This document shows, piece by piece, positions 56,549 to 64,000 of a DNA stretch of 64,000 nucleotides; positions within the stretch are counted from its first letter, which is position 1, and every line of letters begins with the position of its first letter. Both the position numbers and the translations under genes were made by a program. Source of the stretch: Eledone cirrhosa (taxonomy: Eukaryota); contig OZ024749.1 of NCBI GenBank assembly GCA_964016885.1, forward strand, positions 15,004,001-15,068,000, read 5' to 3'. The notes under the pieces were generated by a model. That model searched no databases and was not told where the DNA came from. It worked only from the letters and a program-made list of their open reading frames with translations.

Positions 56549-57281
56549 ACTAATTTAACAATGAAGATATACAAATATAAAATAAACTATGTATAATTAT
56601 AACAAAATAAATAAATTCCCCTATCGTGGGTGGATGACCCAGGGGTGACTCAGGTACCCCACCAATCCTGAATAATGATAATAATAATGAAAATTATTTT
56701 GTAAAGAATATTTTGTTGAAGAGATCAAACTGAAAATCTCGAGCTGGTCTGGCAGAGCATCTATTTATTTTTAGATGCAGGCATTTCTCAGCAGAGATCC
56801 AGGGTTCAATTCAATTCCCATTTTGTGACATCTTGGGTCTTTACTATAGCTTCAGGTTAATCTGAGCCCTGTGGGTGAAACTGGGGGGCAGAAACTGTAT
56901 AGACCCCTGTCTACCTGTAATTTAAGGGTCACAGTCTTGCTAAGGTCACTCCTGTGGAACATTCAACTATTTAGACAATAATGGTTTCTGATTTAGGCAA
57001 AGGTCAACAACTTTGGAAGAGGGAAAAGTAGATTAACTCAACCCCAGTGCATTACTCGGACCTTATTTTATTGACCCAGGAAGGGTCAAGTTATTCCTTT
57101 AGGCAAATTACACAAAAATATAGAAAGGAGAGAAATAGTAAAAGAGAAGAGAATAAGGACTGCAGTCCAGCATGTGGACAAAGGTGGTGATTGAGGTGTA
57201 GAGAAGAAGGTAGATTAGGAGAAATCAGGCTAGGCAGTGTGATGTCTATTATATGATAGTTTCAACAAAACCTGCATTGCT

Positions 57282-57309
<28 letters not shown>

Positions 57310-57312
<3 letters not shown>

Positions 57313-57454
57313 GATCACAATGTAAATCGGGAGGTGACTACAGTCAAAAATAGTACTCAATACGTTAGTAGAGTATAGGTATATTCATTTTATTATAGAA
57401 ATGACTTCTACAGAACTACAACTGTTTCATCCGTGGGATGAAACAGTTGTAGTT
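57310..57454 (-). mobile_element. small HHR-remnant fold-back element
   Basis: Hairpin AACTACAACTGTTTCATCC-gtg-GGATGAAACAGTTGTAGTT at 57414-57454; bulged hairpin at 57354-57375. Confidence 0.55.
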
Positions 57455-57483
57455 GTATATACAACTAAAAAGTCTGTATATAT

Positions 57484-57565
57484 ACACAGGGCGTCCCCAA
57501 AAAATGTATACACACTTCAACAGCATTCTAATCAAAGTGTGTATACATTTTTGGGACACCCTGTG
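57484..57565. mobile_element. Tc1/mariner-like MITE
   Basis: CAGGG(C/T)GTCCC..AAAAATGTATACACACTT terminal inverted repeats. Confidence 0.7.
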
Positions 57566-57729
57566 TGTGTGTGTATGTATATATATATATATATATATAT
57601 ATGCAAAAGTTCTATTTAAATTGTTGGGATACAAGCAAATATTTTTATAACTGATATAAAGCACTCAACAATTATTTGGAGTAAACATACGATATTAACA
57701 AATGGAAACTATATCTATAAAACCATATT

Positions 57730-57794
57730 TATTTCATTATACATATTTCAAGGACACCAAGTTAAATTATGGTGTGCTTTCATCAGACAAAATA
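57730..57794 (-). ncRNA. type I hammerhead ribozyme
   Basis: Mirror of 57941-58005. Confidence 0.72.
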
Positions 57795-57940
57795 TAATAT
57801 AGATCAGTTTTATAAATAAATATTGACATACCCTTAAAAAATGCAACCATTACTGTTGGAAACTATCCGGGAGCTTCCAATAATAATGGTTGCATTTTTA
57901 AGGGTATGTCAATATTTATTTATAAAACTGATCTATATTA

Positions 57941-58005
57941 TATTTTGTCTGATGAAAGCACACCATAATTTAACTTGGTGTCCTTGAAATATGTATAATG
58001 AAATA
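57941..58005 (+). ncRNA. type I hammerhead ribozyme
   Basis: TATTTTGT-CTGATGA-AAGcACACCA(..)TGGTGTcCTT-GAAA-TATGTA-TA-ATGAAATA. Confidence 0.72.
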
Positions 58006-58047
58006 AATATGGTTTCATAAATATAGTTTCCATTTGTTAATATCGTG

Positions 58048-58140
<93 letters not shown>

Positions 58141-58555
58141 GGTAGGTGTATAGGAGCGCGTGTGTGTGTGGGTGTACATATGTATATGTGTATGTTTACA
58201 GATATATATATATATATATATATATATGTACGTTCGTGTTTGTGTATATATAAGTATGCTTGCGTGCGTGTGTTTGTGAGAGAGAGAGAGAGAGAGACGG
58301 GGACGTGGGTGGTTATATCCTCTAACTAATATCATAAGTATGCCATGTACTGAAATTCGTCTGGTATGATAAATAAATAAATGTCAATATCAAGAGTTAC
58401 CTCCCTTGAAATATGCCACGTGAATAGATAAGAAGGTGAGAAGAAGGAAGAGAAGACCGCACAGAGAAAGAGGGAGGACTGCCGACGTCTCTAGTAAAAC
58501 ATATTTTACACACAGCGCGCTTATACATACATACATACATATATACATACATACA

Positions 58556-58591
<36 letters not shown>

Positions 58592-59559
58592 TATATACAC
58601 ACATGAATACAAATTTGCACACATACATTACGTACATGCATGCTTGCATACATACACGCATACAAATAAACACACACATATCCATCCACACACACATAGA
58701 AACAGACAGACACACATATCCATCCACATACAACCATTCACACACACACAGACAGACAGACATAACCGTCTATTTCCTAGTTTAAGGTCATAATTTTAAA
58801 ATTCCCAAACCCTCTAAACACTGTGAAGTTGTTATTTCTTTCTGAGTTCAAATCAAGCCATGGTTAGCGTTGTCGTTCATTCTTACAGGGTCGATAACAT
58901 AAAATACCAGTAATGCACGGGATTTGATTTAATCGACTTTCCGCCCCCCCCCCTTCAAATTGCTGGCCTTATGCCTAAAGTAGAAATATTTCTGTATTAC
59001 AGTAGAGACTGGAGAGAGGAAGTTCTTTCCTCCTCTTTGTAAGGTTGGTAGTAAAAGTAGATATAATCGACCCTAGAGTATAGAAGGTACTTAGCTATCG
59101 CCTTATTGCCTCACCCAGCATTAACATGAAGATAACTAAGCGGCCACCTAGACTGAGGCCAACATTATCTTTCATCCTATTGAGATTGATAAGGTACCAG
59201 ATGACTATTGGGGTTAATTCTTTTTCTCTAGATCTCTCTATGTGTATATATATATTCTATGTACTATACATACACCTTTGACGAGTTGTAGTGCACCTGA
59301 GCACTTTACACAATAATTTCATTATTATTATTATATATTAATTATTTATTAAAATAGATTTTAGTCTTTACATTTATTATTATTACTATGTGTATATATA
59401 TATCATCATCATTTCATTTTACGTCCGCTTTTTCCCTGCTTGCAAGGGTGGGACAGGAACCGATTCTGGCTTGATTTCTACAGCTGGATGCCCTTCCTAA
59501 CACCAACCCTATCTACAGTGAGTGCATATATAGTTTCGTTGACAAATATATCAATATGC

Positions 59560-59780
59560 CCAGACACGCAGATATATTACCCTTGGTATGACAGTGTGGT
59601 TTTAGCTCAATGTAGGATAACTGGTATACTACAGAGCCGTTATAGTTATAGGAATAACCAAAGAGTGCTTAGAAATACAATGTTTTATTAGCTAACAGTT
59701 TTTCCATACCCCATCCATGCCATGGGGTATGGATGGAACACTGTTAGCTAATAAAACATTGTATTTCTAAGCACTCTTTG

Positions 59781-59784
<4 letters not shown>
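59560..59784. mobile_element. fold-back element with degenerate HHR 3' half
   Basis: Inverted repeat ~59656-59784; GGAACACTGTTAGCTAATAAAAC resembles the PLE GAAACATTGTCGGCTAATAAAAAC. Confidence 0.55.
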
Positions 59785-59818
<34 letters not shown>

Positions 59819-59822
<4 letters not shown>

Positions 59823-60413
59823 TACTTTGGGAGGGTCATGTTGCCAATAAGAAACACATGCACCAGTTGCTTTCACTTCAATTTATTATTATAAATTTAT
59901 AAATTTAGGAATTTATAAATTTCCGGTTGGTTGGTTGGTTCCACAACCAGATGATTGTTTATATATTGTCAAAGTTCTTTCGTCACACATTCTGTGACCT
60001 CTTCAGTGACTGGGGATTCTTTTCTTTGTTTTTGTGCCTCCCCTTTGTTCTGTCCTACGCCATCTTGTTTTTGTGTGTTGTGTGCTTAGTTTGCGCATGT
60101 GTTACATCCGGGTGTCTGTGTGTGTTTATATTTGTTTATTTATTTGTTTATTTACATGTTACTGGTTGGTTGTTTGTTCTATGTGCGTGTGTGTTTTCAT
60201 TTTGTCCTTAACTCATGTTTTCTATTTAATTTTGGTTGGAGTTCATTCATGTTTATTGCCTCTGTGATTTGTCTAAATATTGCGTCTTTTCTGTGTGTAG
60301 ATTCTATTTTTATTTCTATGTTCTCTAATTTACCCTTATGTTCTATTTTAGCATGTTGGTAGAGTACCGATGATTCTTTTCTATCTTGAAGGTCTTGCCA
60401 GTGTTCATTTATG
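59819..60413 (-). mobile_element. PLE 3' fragment (family of 580-1892) with GIY-YIG C-terminus and HHR at ~59967-60011
   Basis: INEHWQDLQDRKESSVLYQHAKIEH...RQITEAINMNELQPKLNRKHE; same terminus. Confidence 0.8.
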
Positions 60414-60427
60414 GATATATATATATA

Positions 60428-61205
60428 TAAATTAATAAAAACAATGAATAAAAACAAAGAAACAGTTCCTTATATTAAAAAATTCATCATTTTACAATCG
60501 TTTCTAGGATATATATGTTTGTGTTGGTATGTATATCATATAGATCTATGTAAAAGTTTTACAAACTATCAGAGGGAATATACATACCTACACATATATA
60601 TATGCTGTCTTCAGAAATAATTGTTTCTACTTTAGGCACAAGGCCAGCAATTACCCAGTGCATTACTGGTCAGAAATAATGATATTTGTTTATTGAAAAA
60701 AACCCAACAAAGATTTAATATAATAGGTCTGTTTGGGAACAGGTTTTGAATGTTCTCTAATTTACCCTTATATTCTATTTTAGCATGTTGGTAGAGTACC
60801 GTTTATTTTTCTATTGGTCAATTCAAAACCTGTTCCCAAACAGACCTATTATATTAAATCTTTGTTGGTTTTTTTTCAATAAACAAATATCATTATTTCT
60901 GAAGACAGCATATATATGTGATGGTATGTATATTCCCTCTGATAGTTTGTAAAACTTTTACATAGATTATATGATATACATACCAACACACACATATATA
61001 TCCTAGAAACGATTGTAAAATGATGAATTTTTTAATATAAGGAACTGTTTCTTTGTTTTTATTCATTGTTTTTATTAATTTATCTTGACTCTGTTCTCCT
61101 GTGTTTTTCATCGAAAAAATTTTGAATACATCTCTTTTCATGATATTTGGATTACATTGAGTTCTTCATACAGATTGGACACAAGCGTATATTTTGATAG
61201 ATTTA
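60428..61205. mobile_element. palindromic HHR-bearing element with SINE fragment and templated insert
   Basis: 60428-60751 mirrors 60821-61083. Confidence 0.75.
60890..61026 (+). ncRNA. type I hammerhead with ~100-nt extended stem II
   Basis: TCATTATTT-CTGAAGA-[long hairpin]-GAAA-CGATTG-TA-AAATGATGA; mirror copy at 60484-60621. Confidence 0.65.
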
Positions 61206-61350
61206 TCTATATATATATATATATAAGTGAGGTTGGTGTTAGGAAGGGCATCCAGCTTTAGAAATCAAGCCAGAATCAGTTCCCGTCCCACTCTTGCAAG
61301 CAGGGAAAAGCGGACGTAAAATGATGATGATGATGATGATATATATACAC

Positions 61351-61529
61351 ACACTGAAATTCCGTTATAACGAAATTCATGGAGTATAAAAAGAAATTCG
61401 TTGTAACGAAAAATTCTTCATAACAAGATCGACCTAACACATCGATGGTGTGGCCGAGGATTGAAAAAAATTTCATTATACTGAAAAATTTGTTATAATG
61501 GTATTTGTTATAACAGAATGTTACCTGTA
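61351..61529. mobile_element. pogo/Tigger-like MITE
   Basis: CACTGAAATTCCGTTATAAC...GTTATAACAGAATGTTACCTG with internal GTTATAAC repeats. Confidence 0.6.
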
Positions 61530-61764
61530 TATATAAACAGGCACACACACACACTAATCACACTACAAGTAATCACTATAACACATCAGGTGTTGTTGTT
61601 TTTCTATCATAAACACTCACCTGGAACTAAATATTTTAGTAATCACTGCCAGGTGTTCTTTCTATCAATTGTAAATACATTAATCAGCATAAACAGAATC
61701 AATAAAGAATTGGATATTTAATCAGAATCTTTACATTTCATTGAGGTTAACTTTGATTGTAATC

Positions 61765-63062
61765 TTTTCTCTCCTTCCAGCTGTAACATTCTGGATGTTC
61801 TGCAGAGAGCAATAGAGCACCTGTGTCAGCTGAAGCCCACTTTAGATTCCATCCTTTCAGGGAGATTAACCCTTAAGCATTCAAACCGGCCATATCCGGC
61901 CAGAATTCTCTCACCTCTTTCTGTTCAAACCGGCCATAACCAGCCACTCATACCAATGTTAAAGTATTGTTCTCAAAATGAATAATATCAAAATCTCATA
62001 AATTTGATATTATGCGAAAATACAATAGTATATAGAGAATAATGCAAATGCTAAAGGGTTAAAGAAAGTACCAGCCTAGTGCTGGTGTAAGCTTTTTTCT
62101 CCTTCCAGCAGTAACATTCTGGATGTTCTGCAGGGGTCTACAGAGTCTGTGTCTGTGCAAGCCCATTTTAATGTTCATCTTTCGGGGTCAATAAAGTACC
62201 AGCCTAGTGTTGGTGAACCCTTTCTTTCCTTCCCATTGTCATATCCTGCAGGGAAGATAGAATGTCTGTATTTGCTGAAGCAACCCTTTAACATTTAAAC
62301 TGGCCATATCAGGCCAAAATTCTCTCACCTCTTTCTTTCTGTTCAAACCGGCTATAACCGGCTGCTTATACTTATGTTAAGGTATTGTTCTCAAAATAAA
62401 TATCAAAATCTCATAGATTCAATATTATGTGAGATAAAGTGTTTACTTTGAAAACACAAAAGTAAATAAAGAGTAATGTAAATGCTAAAGGGTCAATGTC
62501 CATCTTTCTGGGTTAATAAAGATAGCATCAGCCTAGTGCTGGTGTAACCCTTTCTCTCCTTCCAGCTATCACATTCTGGATGTTCTGCAGGGGTCAACAG
62601 ATTGTCTGCTGAGGTCCACTTTAACTTCCATCCTTTCAAGAGTCAATAAAAAAAGTACCAGTCCAATGTTGGTGTAACCCTTTCTCTACTTCTTATCACA
62701 GCACAGTTCCCATGACTTTCAGAAACATTTTTTCACGCTCAGAGTTGCTGAAGCATGGAACAAACTACCTGCATCAGTTGTTAGCTGTCGAGACACTGCA
62801 TCCTTTAAAACCTCCATGCTTCCTGAGATTCGCCAACACTACACCTAATATTCCCCGCCATACATATACACACATGTATATCATGACTCATACACTATTC
62901 ACTTCCCTGACATTAGTACATTATTCTATGTACTATACATACACCTTTGACGAGTTGTAGTGCACCTGAGCACTTTACACAATAATTTCATTATTATTAT
63001 TATCCTGGATATGCTGCAGGGGTCAGCAGAGCATCTGTGTCTGTGGAAGCCCACTTTAACTT
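61765..63062 (+). repeat. degenerate ~130-bp tandem repeat interrupted by two piggyBac-like MITEs (61866-62062, 62284-62492) and a CR1-like fragment
   Basis: Recurring CCTTCCAGC..AACATTCTGGATGTTCTGCAG..AAGTACCAGCCTAGTGCTGGTG. Confidence 0.7.
62700..63003 (+). mobile_element. CR1-like LINE 3' fragment
   Basis: HFFTLRVAEAWNKLPASVV...FK and (ATT)n tail; terminal copy at ~59255-59335. Confidence 0.7.
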
Positions 63063-63366
63063 CCAGGTGTTACATCTTGGATGGTCTGTGAGGAAGAGGG
63101 GGTGTCCAGAGAATGTCTGTGTCTTTCATGCTTTTGAAGGTCACTAAAGCAAGTGCTAGTCCACACTGGTTCTACAGCCTCTCTTTCTATACAACTGTCA
63201 CATCCTAGTTGTTCTGGTGGATCAAGGGAAGGAGCAAGAGTCATGAGGGCGTCCACAAAGGCACCTGCAGCTCTGTACAAAACACTGGTAGATCTTAGCA
63301 AGTCATATTATCAATGGCCACCGTAGCTACTAGTTTAACTATTTGTGGCCAATAGGAATTCTTTTT

Positions 63367-64000
63367 AGGGGATGTTGGTGGTACCCTCTCAGGGAATGTT
63401 GGTGGTACCCTCTCAGGGAATGTTGGTGGTACCCTCTCAAGGAATGTTGGTGGTACCCTCTCAGGGAATGTTGGTGGTACCCTCTCAGGGGATGTTGGTC
63501 GTACCCTTTCAGGGAATGTTGGTGGTACCCTCTCAGGGAATGTTGGTGGTACCCTCTCAGGGAATGTTGGTGGTACCCTCTCAGGGAATGTTGGTGGTAC
63601 CCTCTCAGGGGAATGTTGGTGGTACCCTCTCAGGGAATGTTGGTGGTACCCTCTCAGGGAATGTTGGTGGTACCCTCTCAGGGAATGTTGGTGGTACCCT
63701 CTCAGGGAATGTTGGTGGTACCCTCTCAGGGGAATGTTGGTGGTACCCTCTCAGGGAATGTTGGTGGTACCCTCTCAGGGAATGTTGGTGGTACCCTCTC
63801 AGGGGAATGTTGGTGGTACCCTCTCAGGGAATGTTGGTGGTACCCTCTCAGGGAATGTTGGTGGTACCCTCTCAGGGAATGTTGGTGGTACCCTCTCAAG
63901 GAATGTTGGTGGTACCCTCTCAGGGAATGTTGGTGGTACCCTCTCAGGGAATGTTGGTGGTACCCTCTCAAGGAATGTTGGTGGTACCCTCTCAGGGGAT
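63367..64000 (+). repeat. 24-bp minisatellite (AGGGAATGTTGGTGGTACCCTCTC)n, ~26 copies, runs off the window
   Basis: Direct reading. Confidence 0.97.

Larger units (their letters stand above)
57603..58047. mobile_element. palindromic HHR-bearing element (~170-bp arms plus left extension)
   Basis: 57688-57860 mirrors 57876-58047. Confidence 0.8.

Noticed and set aside
63726-63971. RGYHQHSL repeat protein
   Set aside because: Translation of the 24-bp minisatellite with frame-breaking indels.

Overview
A eukaryotic, AT-rich, repeat-saturated window with no confidently identifiable host gene; the repeat content resembles cephalopod (octopus-type) DNA, which is an inference. It contains long (TA)n-type microsatellites, three RTE-clade LINE families (APE + RT with a PHD-like finger inside the RT), one 5'-truncated Penelope-like element (PLE; RT + GIY-YIG) with an inverted 3' arm, many tRNA-derived SINEs and MITEs, a 7.2 kb 79-bp satellite, a 24-bp minisatellite and a 200-N gap. 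The most notable signal is a set of about nine distinct hammerhead-ribozyme (HHR)-associated families inserted in (TA)n, mostly as head-to-head inverted pairs. One is a 311-bp retrozyme-like tandem array with a twin-priming-like junction. Most of these families share a covarying bulged hairpin (RCTC-stem-loop-stem-TY-GAGY) downstream of the HHR, and one arm of the inverted pair repeatedly stops just before it. All structures were read by eye; no folding, alignment or database search was run, and boundaries inside microsatellites are approximate.
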